Shown here: piece by piece, positions 21,969 to 38,906 of the stretch
Layout: each line of letters begins with the position of its first letter
Numbering within the stretch: the first letter of the stretch is position 1
Assembly: GCA_002269645.1 (NCBI GenBank)
Contig: NIVC01000530.1
Location: forward strand, 186,001-250,000
Reading direction: 5' to 3'
Origin: Macrostomum lignano
Lineage: Eukaryota
Length of the DNA: 64,000 nucleotides
Notes under the pieces: model-generated
Databases searched by the model: none
What the model saw: the letters and a program-made list of their open reading frames with translations, nothing else
Told to the model about the DNA's origin: nothing
Made by a program: the position numbers and the translations under genes

Positions 21969-24900
21969 TCACGCATTCTCCGGAACGACAGTCGCCGCCA
22001 CCGCCACAGGAGCAGCCGTGGCATCTTCAGCAGCCCGGCCGCCTCGCAGGTCCAACAGTCCGGCCAGCTGGCAATCGCCACCCAGCCTCTCGTCGACATC
22101 GTAGATGGCCAACTGTCCGACATCGCCGGACATTGCGCACAACAATCTCAGCTGCCGGCCAATGTAAGCCAGGGCGCAGACAGACCGGCCTGGACCCGAG
22201 CGACTGCCCGTGGACAGTCTGGCTGTGGCGAAGTCGCGGTCCTGCGACAGGGCGGCCGGCAGATAGGCAGAGGTGGCCCGGTAGGCCCAGCTAGCCCAGG
22301 ATTGCTGCTGATTCGTCTGCTGTTGCTGCTGCTGCTGCTTCTAGAGGAGAGTTAGAAAAGGTTTTATCGCATTTGAACCAAAAATCAATATAAAGGACGA
22401 CCCTGCAAAATACAGAACTGACTCTACAGACACTGAGAAACAGACCTACAAAACACTGAAAAACAGACCCTTCAAAAATGGAAAACCGATCCTGCGAAAT
22501 GCAAAACAGAACTTTAAGATACTGAGAAACAGACCCTACAAAACACTGAGAAACAGACCCTGCAAAACACTGAGAAACAGACCCTGCAAAACACTGAGAA
22601 ACAGACCCTGCAAAACACTGAGAAACAGACCCTGCAAAACACTGAGAAACAGACCCTGCAAAAATGGAAAACAGACCCTGCAAAACACAGAGAAACAGAC
22701 CCTGCAAAACACTGAGAAACAGACCCTGCAAACACTGAGAAACAGACCCTACAAAACACAGAGAAACAGACCCTGCAAACACTGAGAAACAGACACTACA
22801 AAACACTGAGAAACAGACCCTGCAAAACACTGAGAAACAGACCCTGCAAACACTGAGAAACAGACCCTGCAAACACTGAGAAACTGACCCTGCAAAACAC
22901 TGAGAAACAGACCCTGAAAACACTGAGAAACAGACCCTACAAAACACAGAGAAACAGACCCTGCAAACACTGAGAAACAGACCCTGCAAACACTGAGAAA
23001 CAGACCCTGCAAAACACTGAGAAACAGACCCTGCAAACACTGAGAAACAGACCCTGCAAACACTGAGAAACAGACACTACAAAACACTGAGAAACAGACC
23101 CTGCAAAACACTGAGAAACAGACCCTACAAGACACAGAGAAACAGACCCTGCAAAACACTGAGAAACAGACACTACAAAACACTGAGAAACAGACCCTGC
23201 AAAACACTGAGAAACAGACCCTGCAAAACACTGAGAAACAGACCCTGCAAAACACTGAGAAACAGACCCTGCAAACACTGAGAAACAGACCCTGCAAAAC
23301 ACTGAGAAACAGACCCTGAAAACACTGAGAAACAGACCCTACAAAACACAGAGAAACAGACCCTGCAAACACTGAGAAACAGACCCTGCAAACACTGAGA
23401 AACAGACCCTGCAAACACTGAGAAACAGACCCTGCAAAACACTGAGAAACAGACCCTGCAAACACTGAGAAACAGACCCTGCAAACACTGAGAAACAGAC
23501 ACTACAAAACACTGAGAAACAGACCCTGCAAAACACTGAGAAACAGACCCTACAAGACACTGAGAAACAGACCCTGCAAACACTGAGAAACAGACACTAC
23601 AAAACACTGAGAAACAGACCCTGCAAAACACTGAGAAACAGACCCTACAAGACACTGAGAAACAGACCCTGCAAACACTGAGAAACAGACACTACAAAAC
23701 ACTGAGAAACAGACCCTGCAAAACACTGAGAAACAGACCCTGCAAAACACTGAGAAACAGACCCTGCAAAACACTGAGAAACAGACCCTGCAAAACACAG
23801 AGAAACAGACCCTACAAGACACAGAGAAACAGACCCTGCAAAACACTGAGAAACAGACACTACAAAACACTGAGAAACAGACCCTGCAAAACACTGAGAA
23901 ACAGACCCTGCAAAACACTGAGAAACAGACCCTGCAAACACTGAGAAACAGACCCTGCAAACACTGAGAAACAGACCCTACAAACACTGAGAAACAGACA
24001 CTACAAAACACAGAGAAACAGACCCTGCAAAACACTGAGAAACAGACCCTTCAAAAATGGAAAACAGACCCTGCAAAACACCGAGACCCTGCAAAACACT
24101 GAGAAACAGACACTACAAAACACAGAGAAACAGACCCTGCAAACACTGAGAAACAGACCCTTCAAAAATGGAAAACAGACCCTGCAAAACACCGAGACCC
24201 TGCAAAACACTGAGAAACAGACAATAGACCCACTTCCAAATGCTGCTGCTGCGGATCAAGGCAGAACACGTGCAGAGTCTCAGTGTTGGAGCAGCAGGCC
24301 AATAAGCTGCTGTCCCGACTGAAGGCCAGCGAATGCAGCTGGACGCAGCGCTTCACACCGCGTCGGAATTCAGCCACGCGTTCGCCATCTGGCACAGAGT
24401 AGACCCGAATCACCGTGCCCTTCTCCGAGGCGGTGGCCAAACGAGTGGCAGTTGAGTTGAAAGCTAGCGCGGCTAGCGGACTGTTGTGAGCGGGTATCTA
24501 GGGGCAACAGGGAAGGGATGCGTCGGGCATCACCGTGAATGCAATTAATCATTCGGATCCCTAATCCTAGGACTAAGATTCCTAATCCGGTGAATTAGAT
24601 TCCTAATCCGGTGAATTAGATTCCTAATCTGGTGAATTAGATTCCTAATCCGGTGAATTAGATTCCTAATCTGGTGAATTAGATTTCTTAATCCGGTGAA
24701 TTAGATTCCTAATCCGGTGAATTAGATTCCTAATCCGTTTAATTAGATTCCTAATCCTGTGAATTAGATTCCTAATCCTGTGAATTAGATTCCTAATCCG
24801 GTGAATTAGATTCCTAATCCTGTGATAGATTCCTAATCCGGTGAATTAGATTCCTAATCCAGTGAATTAGATTCCTAATCCAGTGAATTAGATTCCTAAT

Positions 24901-26320
24901 CCAGTGAATTAGATTCCTAATCCAGTGAATTAGATTCCTAATCCAGTGAATTAGATTCCTAATCCAGTGAATTAGATTCCTAATCCTGTGAATTAGATTC
25001 CTAATCCGGGGATTTAGATTCCTAATCCGGTGAATTAGATTCCTAATCCGGGGATATTTAAGCCTAACCTAAGGATATAAATGCTTAATACGGGGACATC
25101 AATGCCTAATCCGAGGATATTAATGCTTAATCTGCGGATTTCTTTTCAAAGCGCAGTTCAACTCAGCAAAACCAACTAAACTCACAGAGCACAGCTGCCT
25201 CAGCGCCATCGCGTCAAACACTCTGGCCTCGCCGGTGCCTCCGCTGCCATTAGCAGGATAGGCCAGCATGCAGGCGTCCTGGTCAGAGCACAGCGCGCAC
25301 AGGCCCTGCCTATTGCCTGTTGAATCGCGCACGGTGTGCACCACCTTCATGTCCTGCAGGCTGTGCAGATGGAGCGAGTCCGCTAAACAGACAACCAGAC
25401 GCTGACGGCTGAGGCGGACTGTCAGCACCGGCTCCTGAAGGCAAATTGGTCAGGGAACAACTAACAACCAAGCTAACTAGCAAACCAACAACCCAGCTAA
25501 GTACGAGCTAGCAAACTAACAACCAAGCTAACTAGCAAACCAACAACCAAGCTAACTAACAAACTAACAACCAAGCTAACTAACAAACTAACAACCAAGC
25601 TAACTAGCTAACTAACAACCAAGCTAACAATCAAGCTAACTAACAACTAAGCTAACAATCAAGCTAACTAACAACCAAGCTAACAATCAAGCTAACTAAC
25701 AACCAAGCTAACTAGCTAACTAACAACCAAGCTAACAATCAAGCTAACTAACAACCAAGCTAACTAGCTAACTAACAACCAAGCTAACAATCAAGCTAAC
25801 TAACAACCAAGCTAACAATCAAGCTAACTAACAACCAAGCTAACTAACAAACTAACAACCCAGCTAAGTACGAGCTAGCAAACCAACAACCAAACTAACA
25901 AACTAACAAACAAGATAACTAACAACCCAACTAACTAGCAAACTAACAACCAAACTAACGAAGAAACTAACAACGAAGCTAAGGACAAATCTCACCAACC
26001 TGATAGTTGCAGCTGCAAATCTCTGTACCCTTCTTAAAGTGCATAACTCGCAGGCGACGCGGCTGAGCAAGCATAACAGCGGCCACTAACGAGCTGGAGT
26101 AGTGCCGCTCAACTATGCTCACAGCTTCGCTGCACCAGCGATGCAGCTCATCAAGCTTATCACCACTAGATGACACAGAGTACAGCGCATAGCCATTGCT
26201 TAAGCCTACAGCTAGGGAGCTGCAGTCCTGATTGAAACTGACATGCAGAACAGAGACTGAACCACTTTCAACTGGCGCTGCACTGATGCCAGCCGAAGCG
26301 CCGGAGCTGCTGTGAGGCTC
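21969..26320 (-). CDS. WIPI2: WD-repeat phosphoinositide-interacting protein (WIPI1/2, ATG18-like); exons 26320-26000, 25434-25186, 24497-24234, 22340-21969; ATG exon upstream not fixed
   Basis: Spliced translation includes [69 protein letters not shown], the FRRG lipid-binding motif (EFRRGVKRC) and DRDFATARL. All three internal introns are phase-0 GT-AG; stop TGA at 21971-21969. The WIPI1 versus WIPI2 label is approximate. Confidence 0.88.
22415..24222. repeat. 23/24-bp minisatellite (AAAACACTGAGAAACAGACCCTGC) filling WIPI intron 22341-24233
   Basis: About 75 tandem units with interspersed variants. Confidence 0.95.
24555..25052. repeat. 21-bp minisatellite (GATTCCTAATCCGGTGAATTA) in WIPI intron 24498-25185
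   Basis: About 22 tandem units. Confidence 0.95.
25455..25975. repeat. Low-complexity CTAA/CAA (AACTAACAACCAAGCT) array in WIPI intron 25435-25999
   Basis: Degenerate tandem repeat filling nearly the whole intron. Confidence 0.9.
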
Positions 26321-27471
26321 CTGGAGAGATTAATTAATAATTAGGATCATAAATAAGTTTTTGATAGTCAAAGCAATAATCAAAGTCTTCACATAAAACC
26401 TAGACTTAATTAGAGATGAGTCTTCTGTGAGATTTTCAAAAAAAATTAGAGTGATATCCCATTAATTCAAAATGTCTACCTGCACGTAGTACTAGTTAGA
26501 TGACGAAGCATTTAGGCTTATAATACAGCAATAGTTACTCCTGCTGTTTATCCAAAATAATGATTAGGATAAAGCAACTCGAGATTAGGATATAAATTCT
26601 TGTCAAAGATCCTAGGATTTTGGAATGATAGGGGACAGCTAGGTTTTATGATTCAATTTTGCATATGCATAAATAACCCCCAAAATTATACTGGACATCA
26701 CTAAGTTTTGCAACCTACCCAAGGAGAAAATCACAAAAATCTTCAATTTGTTGTCAAAGAGCATGTCAAATTAGTCCCAATATACTGTAGCAACACTGTT
26801 TTACTATTATATCTCTTTATTGAACTTTTATGATTTTTCATAATTTTATATAAATTGCCAGCTCAATAAAGGGATCCAATAGGTAAAGAACTGCTCTGAT
26901 TATCAATAATAAAGATATGATCTTTATTGCTAATCACAAAATCTTCAAATTAAAATTAAAAAGTTTTAGTTTTTTTCCGATTCTTGAGTTTTTATTTTAT
27001 CAAATATTTACTTGTTATCATAACAAATATATACCATTTGCAGTTTACTCAGTATAATTTCTTGAACTAGTATGCCTAATATAAGAATGGCTAATATGAC
27101 ATATTTATCTTTCATAGGCCCTATGACCTATCTATCTATGGTTATATCCAAAGAGCCATTTTCTAAACCTATTTTTCTTTCTTTCTTTATGTTTTTATAT
27201 TATTTTATTTATTCTTTATTTCTTTGGCACTTTTGGTTCTATTCATATTTTGGTGCTTAGTTTATTAGTTTTGTAACATTATCATATATATCTATTTATA
27301 TTTTGGATGCCAATTATATATTAGCTAACCAGATATGCTAGGAAGATAGGGGGTAGGTGTTGCATATATTATTATAATATTTAGTATAACTAAAAACCTA
27401 TTTAATTATAATTATAGCTAGTAAAAATAACTAAAATATATATAGGCATATAGCTATAGGCCTATAGCAAC

Positions 27472-27643
27472 CAAGGGTGGATTTAGGGAGGGGGGCTTGA
27501 CAAAACATATTGTGCCCCTAGACTTGATTTTGCCTCCTACATGCATTTTTTGCATCCCCTAGCTTAAAAATTAGCACCCTTTATACTCGTGTTGCCACCC
27601 CAAACTTGGACCCCCCCCAAATGAAACTCTAGATCTGCCACTG
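27472..27643. mobile_element. 172-bp hAT-type MITE
   Basis: TIRs CAAGGGTGGATTTAG / CTAGATCTGCCACTG. Flanking 8-bp target duplication ATAGCAAC (27464-27471) / ATAGCAAT (27644-27651). Confidence 0.7.
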
Positions 27644-29005
27644 ATAGCAATATTAATAAAGACATCTTAGTCTTGATTTGATTTCTTTTTATGTCTAAAG
27701 ATTAAAAAAGTCAAATATAGGGCCTACTCTTATTATTACTGTGTTGATTTATTTATTGTTATCTCTCAGTCAGTCTTACTTAGGTGGAGACTAGAAAAAA
27801 ATCAAAGGGGTTAGAATTTAGGGGACCAAGACCAATTCTATGTACTCTAACAGATTGCCTCATTGCTGACTTGCAAGCATTTGAGCTGACTAGCCTACTT
27901 AGGTTGCTACTGCCTAACTGGACCCCTTCTACCTATTCTACAAATGTATGTGCATATATGCAATGGGCCTCCTTTCTGCATCTTATTCTTAATATACTAC
28001 TATATATACAAAAACTACAAGGTATGCATAATGCCATAATTTGAAGAAAAAAATATTCATAATTGAAGCTGTGGAAACATACAAAAAGAAACCAGATCAG
28101 ATTAGCTAGGCCTAGGCTCTCAGAAACAATCCAAGTAACAGTTGTTAGGGCCTAGCTAATAAAAGTAGGCAAGTGAAGAAATAAAACTAAGAGTCAGGCG
28201 TAGAGCTAGGCTACAGACATTGGTCAGTCAGGTCACAGGCCCATCCCTGATAACTTTAAAAAAGCTAGGCCTACGCCTAGATAAGCCTTTGGATAGCCTT
28301 ACGCCTTTGGCTTTGCCTTTAGTAAGCTAATACATCAGATAGTAGGCCCTATAGTATTACCATTGCATTAGGCGTAGGTCCCCTAGCTAATGTAACAGCT
28401 GAAATTCTTAGTTCTTTCCGATGCGCTTGGCTTGGCCCATTGCTGCTGAAATTTTAGCAGTTGAAACCGAGGCACCGCCTAGCTTTAGCTACGAACGTAC
28501 ATGCATTCCTGGAATCACGTGAGAAATTGAGAAATTATAATTTTTGCGCTTGTATTATCGTGACCACGTGACAGAATTGTACCTTTATAATTTTTCAAAG
28601 TTGTACAGCGGCTGTAAAAAAGCAAGATCTAGAGGCCGCCAGCTTTAGGCAGCTATTTTTAAATATTCTAGCATGCCTAATATTCAATTTTGGCTTGTGT
28701 GTACTTGTGTATAATTTCGCACAAGTCTACTTCTGGGCGAAATCAATCTTACACGTATATATCAGAAACACCATATGAAAAGTCACGACAGGACCTACTA
28801 CATAGTGTCTTTTTGCTCTTGCATGTTTTTTATAGAAATAGAGTTATCATTAACTTTTAGCTAATATTTTAAATTAGAAAGATAGATAAAGACAGACAAG
28901 ACTAAGCTAGTGAGCTCTTGCGCAAACGCGCTCGCGAAACAGACGGGGGGCTATAATTAGAATTTTGTACACTACACCCATTAAGCGCGGCGGAGCCCGC
29001 GGAGA

Positions 29006-30332
29006 CAGCGGTGTCGGAACCGGGGTGGGGGGGCTGGAGCCTCCCCCCCCCCCACTTTTTAGCATGATCCTGCAAGTGCCCTTTTAGAATTTCGAGCAAG
29101 TGTCGGCCGGTTTTCGGCTTTGGCTTTTCTTGAAGCTAATTAAGGGTACCAGCTGATATAATAGTTCATGTTGTTCTCAATCCCATTCCACTACTACAGT
29201 TTCTATCTAATGTGCCGAAGCCTAGTGCTTTTAGTCAGTAAACTTTTTACCTCAATTGGGCCAGATTGAGCTAGAACAGCGCAGGACTGCCCTTCTGGGT
29301 CCGCTTCGCTCGGCCCCCTAAGCAGCGAAACGCGCGCCCAGGAGTCCCTGATGACTGCGGGCTATAGTAGAGCGGATAGGGAATAGAGAAGAGAAATACG
29401 AGCGCAGGAGAAAGGAGAGGCGAAGGAATAAAGGAGAAGAGAGTAGACGAAAAGAGAGATAAAATAGGAGAGGTGAGAGATGAGAGGGGAGATGAATGAG
29501 GAGAGGAGAGTCGAAATATAAGAGAGAGGAGAGAAGAAGAGGAGAGAGGAGGGAAGGGAAAAGAGAATGGAGAGGAAACGGGAGATGAGAGGAGAGGCAG
29601 AGAGGGGAGGAGATGAGAGGAGAGAAGAGAGGTGAGATGAGAGGAGAGAAGAGAGGTGAGAAGATGAGAGGAGAGAAGAGAGGTGAGGAGATGAGAGGAG
29701 AGGAGAGGAGAGGAGAGGACAGGAGAATATGAGAAGAGAGAGGTGAGGGAAGAGAGAGACACAAACATAGTGTGGGCCGGATTGCTATATTGTGAAGATT
29801 CAAAGGACTCAAGGGCCGGATAGAGAGGCTTTGCGGGCCACATTTAGCCCCCAGGCCGGAGTTTTCCAACTTCTGTTTTAGTATTCAGCCCTTTTACTTG
29901 GGCATCTCTGATCGAAATTCCGAGTCCGCCGCAATCCCAAGACTTAAACCGCTGCTGGCGCTGCGACTAAATGCACTAAAAGCCGTCAGATAAAAGAATA
30001 TAGACCGCGCCAAAAGGAACTGAAGGAGGCAGCTAAGAAGAGATCCAGAAAATTACTGGTCTTGCCCTGTCAATTTTCATTCATTTGAGATATTTACTAA
30101 ATAATTGACAGTGCAGTGCAGTTGCGCAATGTTTGAATTTGTTGAAAATTCGAATATTTTTCAGACTTTGGCCACTTCCAACACAAAATTGAATATTGGC
30201 CTGGTTGTCACACCGTCACAAACTGACATAACAGCAGGAGTTTGGGTGCCCTTAGATAAAAAAAATCATGTGCAATGTGCCCTCCCACCAATAGCCCCCC
30301 CACCCACTTTGAAATATGTTCCGACACCACTG
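29006..30332. mobile_element. DNA-transposon-like segment bounded by 15-bp inverted termini CAG(C/T)GGTGTCGGAAC
   Basis: CAGCGGTGTCGGAAC at 29006 and GTTCCGACACCACTG ending at 30332 (14/15 match). The flanks do not form a target duplication, so these may be ends of two different copies. Confidence 0.4.
29390..29875 (-). mobile_element. GA-rich hAT-like non-autonomous element, same family as 19630-19880
   Basis: Minus-strand terminus CAGAAGTTGGAAAACTCCGGCC, a GGCCCGC motif, a shared ~32-bp block with 19820-19850, and a polypurine body. Confidence 0.4.
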
Positions 30333-32086
30333 CCGGCAGGGCAGGGTGGGCAATTTCCGACCCAATATTTCAATCACATCAATACGATTTAGGCACGTCC
30401 TGGGCCCCTCATTTTCGCGCACGTACACTACCTTAAATTCCGATCCTCGTCTGTGCAGATTCCTGTGTGAGGACTCATGCTCATGATGGGTTTCGACCTT
30501 CCGGCCCCCTTGTGAGGAAGCTTTCGGGCCTCAGGTCTCAGAAATAAATCAATTAGAGTCCTGGCCCCCCACTCCTGTCAGATGGTCAGCCCCATGGTAG
30601 CTTGATCGTGTGGCGAGCAGTCTAGGTCCTATAGCTAAGAGAGAGACAGCGAGAGACGAGCAGGGAGAATTTTGAAAGTAGAAATTAGCTAATCCGCAGA
30701 TCAACTAACTTGCTGCCACCAGCCCGTGCGCCCTGGCTCACCACACCGGGACTCTCGAAATCGGGCTTCCGACTAGAAGGGGCTTTGGACTTACTTGCCA
30801 ACTAGTGTCTTTTTGCTGTCTATCTCGAAGTCATAGCCGATGATAAGGGACATTGCTGGGACTAGATCGCATTGGCCATGCAGGTACAGAGGGGACTTGT
30901 GCAGAGGATTCTTGCAGTGGCGAGTCTATGGGGTAGCTACATGTACTATTACATTGCTAAATACGAAGATATGTACTTTTGGCCTTCAACGCGCCAACCA
31001 GCCTCTCATAGCGCTGATGATAGAATAACTCGAACTTCAGAGACCGCATGATTCTTTACCCGAGCCGCTTGGCTAACCTAGAGTGCACAAAGTACATCTC
31101 TGGCGCCGATTCTGCACTTCTGGCAGTTTTGCTCACTGATTTGGTAGTCTGATCGACTGAGAACTGCCTTGCCATTGGTCCACTGTGACCGGCGCCTACT
31201 AGCTTAGCTACTCATCTGAGCCATCGGCGAACAAAGAAATAAAACCGATAAAAATAACTGTTAGATTTAACCTTCTCCTTAGATCACTTCACACTTCAGA
31301 TTGAATTGGAGTTTAGACTACTAGCAGTATTATTGAATGTCTTCTGCCTCAGCAACAGCACTACTGAACAAAATGAGCAAAAGTGTGCGCCTAATCCAGC
31401 TACTGAAACAGGGGACAGATAGGAGATCACCCAATCAAGCAAGTCTAGGTAGCCTCTCACCCAACCAATCAGAAACTCAACAGCCGGAGACCAGGTAATC
31501 CACAGTGACCGAATCGGCTCGATGCTCTGCAGCTGTAGACTCGGGATGATGCTGTCACAGTCTTCGCAGATAGCTAGCAGGTGATGCTCTTCGTTTGATG
31601 TACGCTGCTGATGACCGGGGGATTCGTCCTTGATGATGATGGGGGAAGTCGCAATCCGGGGATCAAGAAACGACGGTCGCGCTCCGGGATGTCTCAAGCT
31701 AGGCTAAGGTCCCAGGAGGATTGCGGTCCGAGCGGGCCAAAAACACCGGTTTAAATAGCCGCCAACTGGACCGCAGTTTGTTATAATGGAACACGTCGAT
31801 TCTGATTGGCTGAGCCGTTTTGTTAAAATGAGCGCCGAATTTTCTGATTGGCTAAGCTTGTTGCCACCCAGAATCACGTGACCGGGAGATCCTATCAGTT
31901 CCCACAGGGTCGTAAAAAGATGATAGGTGCGGCCATAAATCAATCAAAATCACAACAAAATGATTTATGAATTTTCGCGTAGGATTGACAGAAATTAATG
32001 AAAAAATATACATTAGAAAGCTCTTATTAAATAGAAAGTGAAGATAATGAAGAGAAATCACTAATCGCTAATCCCAAAGTACTTTT

Positions 32087-32571
32087 AGGGGTAAAACGCA
32101 TAGCTGTCAAAGCTGTCACACGCTTGAGTGAACCCGAACAATAGGCTCTGACCTCATAAATCTTGATGGCGCCTGTCAAAATGATGAGAAAAAAGCTGCT
32201 ATTCGCATCCCCTCAGGCCATCTGGCGCCAGCCTCAACACTGAGTGAGGCGCAGGTGGCTGTCAGACAAACTTTGAAAGCGATGATTTACGACCCAAAAA
32301 GCTGCGCCTATGTTATTATGACTACTAGTATGACCAAACATTATATCTAGTATAGAATCTATGACAATTCACAGAAAAAGAATAAAAATGCCCTTAGCCT
32401 GCTGTCAGTAGGCTAGTAAGTTTAGAGCCCATGTGCTAGCGCGGGATTTGGAAAGAAGTGCGTCCTCATCACTCACATGCTTATCGCCCGCCCCACTCAC
32501 CTGCGCACCAACCTCCACCTCCTTTCTGTAGTTCAAAATCAATCATGAGTGTGACAGCTTTGCGACCCCCT
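32087..32571. mobile_element. MITE-like element with inverted termini
   Basis: CAAAGCTGTCACAC (about 32108) and GTGTGACAGCTTTG (about 32549) form a perfect 14-bp inverted pair, bounded by TAGGGG...CCCCTA. Confidence 0.45.
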
Positions 32572-34537
32572 ATCTCCCCAAGCCTTTCCCCGTCTGTTGC
32601 GTAATCCCCAATATCATTAATTATTTCTCTCCGCTGCCCCGCCCTGCAGTTTCTCGTCCAATCACAGCACGGCTGGCGGGTGACGTCATTAGTGTTGCTT
32701 GGTAACGAAGGTCCAAGGGCAGGTAGCAGCCTTCAATGCCACGCATCACGCTCAAGTGATCGCGTGACGCGTGATCTCAGAGCAATTAAATAGGAGCCTG
32801 TTTTGAGCCGAGCGGCAACTTTTCTTATCCTTTACCCTTTATTTTTGCTTTGCTGTTCTCCAGGGGCTTCAGCCCCTTGTGTTGTTAGCTGTTTTCTCGC
32901 AAGACCGAACCTTCCCTGAGATACTCAGCATTCGAATCGGCAACTACATCGAAACCTCATAGCAGCCACTTTCACAAGGTCGAACTTTCGACCTCGTGAA
33001 ATTTAGACTCTGTGAAGTATAATGTGCTTTCGACGTCGTGAAACCCGTTTGTGAAACGATCCGCCTTCTCTAGACCGACTAGCTCTCACCCCTAAATACT
33101 TTGATTGCTCCTTGATCCTCAGGATCACCCCAATAAGCACCCGCTAACTGTCCTTTCCGATCCCCATCGTTTGCGACTTCTTCTAACACCCACCCACCCC
33201 AATCCGAGACTCCAGACATCGCCTGTGACTGCAACTGCCGTGACCATTCGACGACCAACCGCGCCAGGCAGCTCTGCCCGTCGGCCACGTCTGTTAAGGC
33301 ATTTTTCCTCTGTTGCGCTGCCCTTGGGTAGCATTAGCCCGTGGTCTCCTCCCCCCATTGCTCACTATCTCCTAATATTCTGTATTATCTATCCCACTTT
33401 AATAATAAACCAAACTGTTAGGGCCAAGTTTAGGGTCAGCAATTCAGAGCATTAGCCATTCAACTCTTGTTGTTTGTCTGTTTACTTATTTACCATGAGT
33501 CGTGGTATGGAATGTGAGTAGTGAGTGCGCCTGTCGCAGGGCATGGAATAGAAGCTGAGGATCAGGATTAGTGAAAGATTACCGAGCCGAATTCACCCAA
33601 ATAATTACGAGCATATAGCAGTAACAAAACCTCTAAATAAGTCTTCGTAGGATGTGCACCACGAGAGAGCTCTGGGACCTGCACTTCCCCATCCCCTGCT
33701 GCATCGAACCCATCTAGCTGTAGGAGGAAAACATTAAATATGGCATTATCTATTATCCGACCCTTGCATTGGAATCCTATAGAGTTTAGGAGGGAATTGT
33801 AGTCTAGAATCGTTTACCAGCTAAAAGATTCCCCTATCATGCAAAAGTCCTCGTTATAGCATAGACTGTCCTTTGTATGGCTCGCAAAGTAATTCCTTGT
33901 CTTAATTGGCCATTTCTAGTAGTTGGGGTCAAGAACCTTCGTTTGTTACATACCGCGGGTGTCCCGTCTCGTTAAGTGGTAGTTTTTACCGTGTGTAGTA
34001 CTCCTGCAGACCTGCACAGGTGACTGGTGCGCGGCCACACCTCTGCATGGCGTGTACCTTTAAACAACCCTTCAGAACCGAGGCCCAGGCGTTGCACAGG
34101 TGTTTTCATGCAGCCAGGGTTACGTCAAATAATTATAGTATAGCATTTAGTCATTATTCTCCGTTTAGGCAATTCTCAGTCTAAAATATATCAGATTTTG
34201 ATCATGTCTTGCCCACCCAATATTTTTCTTCTTCCGCCGTGCCTGACACCCACAAGCTTAAACGAGAAAAACTGTCTATATCAGCAGAAAAGGTGCAGCA
34301 ATTTTCAAGGCAGTTACAATGTTAACGCGCTACATATTCAACCCCGCTAAATATATGGCCAAGGATGATGAGCCTCTATGAATCTGTTCTATTTCAAATG
34401 CAAATTAAAGAATGTCTATGGCACAACGCTCTCCGACGCTAGCTAGCTAGGCTTTTAGTTCGGTAGTTCGCAACAGTTGACTCCTCTTTCTACACTATAC
34501 TGTCGCTAGCTTCAAGTGGTAGAGCGTCGATCATTAA

Positions 34538-37914
<3,377 letters not shown>

Positions 37915-38149
37915 ACCAATATTCCATTAACTGAGAATAAAACCATCTTATGTTAGCATCGAAGACGAAACTGTTTTAATTTCTCAAGAGTTGACTAAAT
38001 CTGCGTGAACATTTGCAAAACCCATTGACAGTCTACTTAGAGTACCACCAACCGAATAAATGCGTAATTTTTGTTGTGCAAAAGAAAAAAACACACGATG
38101 CTCTAGCAAAATGAAGATTTAAGAAAGGCCACGAGTACATCTGGTAGTG

Positions 38150-38906
38150 GAGCTAGGATTGATTTGGTCATTGAGCTGGGATTGATTTAGTCATTGAGCT
38201 GGGATTGATTTGGTCATTGAGCTGGGATTGATTTGGTCATTGAGCTGGGATTGATTTGGTCATTGAGCTGGGATTGATTTGGTCATTGAGCTGGGATTGA
38301 TTTGGTCATTGAGCTGGGATTGATTTGGTCATTGAGCTGGGATTGATTTGGTCATTGAGCTGGGATTGATTTGGTCATTGAGCTGGGATTGATTTGGTCA
38401 TTGAGCTGGGATTGATTTGGTCATTGAGCTGGGATTGATTTGGTCATTGAGTTGGGATTGATTTAGTCATTGAGCTGGGATTGATTTGGTCATTGAGCTG
38501 GGATTGATTTGGTCATTGAGCTGGGATTGATTTGGTCATTGAACTGGGATTGATTTGGAATCGAGTTGGGATTGATTTGGTCATTGAGCTGGGATTGATT
38601 TGGAATCGAGTTGGGATTGATTTGGTCATTGAACTGGGATTGATTTGGTCATTGAGCTGGGATTGATTTGGTCATTGAACTGGGATTGATTTGGTCATTG
38701 AGCTGGGATTGATTTGGTCATTGAGCTGGGATTGATTTGGAATCGAGTTGGGATTGATTTGGTCATTGAGCTGGAATTGATTTGGTCATTGAGCTGGGAT
38801 TGATTTGGTCATTGAGCTGGGATTGATTTGGAATCGAGTTGGGATTGATTTGGTCATTGAGCTGGGATTGATTTGGTCATTGAGCTGGGATTGATTTGGA
38901 ATCGAA
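38150..38906. repeat. 23-bp minisatellite (GAGCTGGGATTGATTTGGTCATT) with a 22-bp TTGGAATCGAGTTGGG variant
   Basis: About 33 units abutting a SINE head fragment. Confidence 0.95.

Noticed and set aside
28998-30340. Single intact transposon with target-site duplication
   Set aside because: The inverted termini match but the flanks (CGCGGAGA versus CCGGCAGG) do not, so it is kept only as a low-confidence feature.
34505-34530. tRNA-like A box (GCTAGCTTCAAGTGGTAGAGCG) before the orphan gene ATG
   Set aside because: No B box, T arm or acceptor stem follows, so it is not a tRNA gene.
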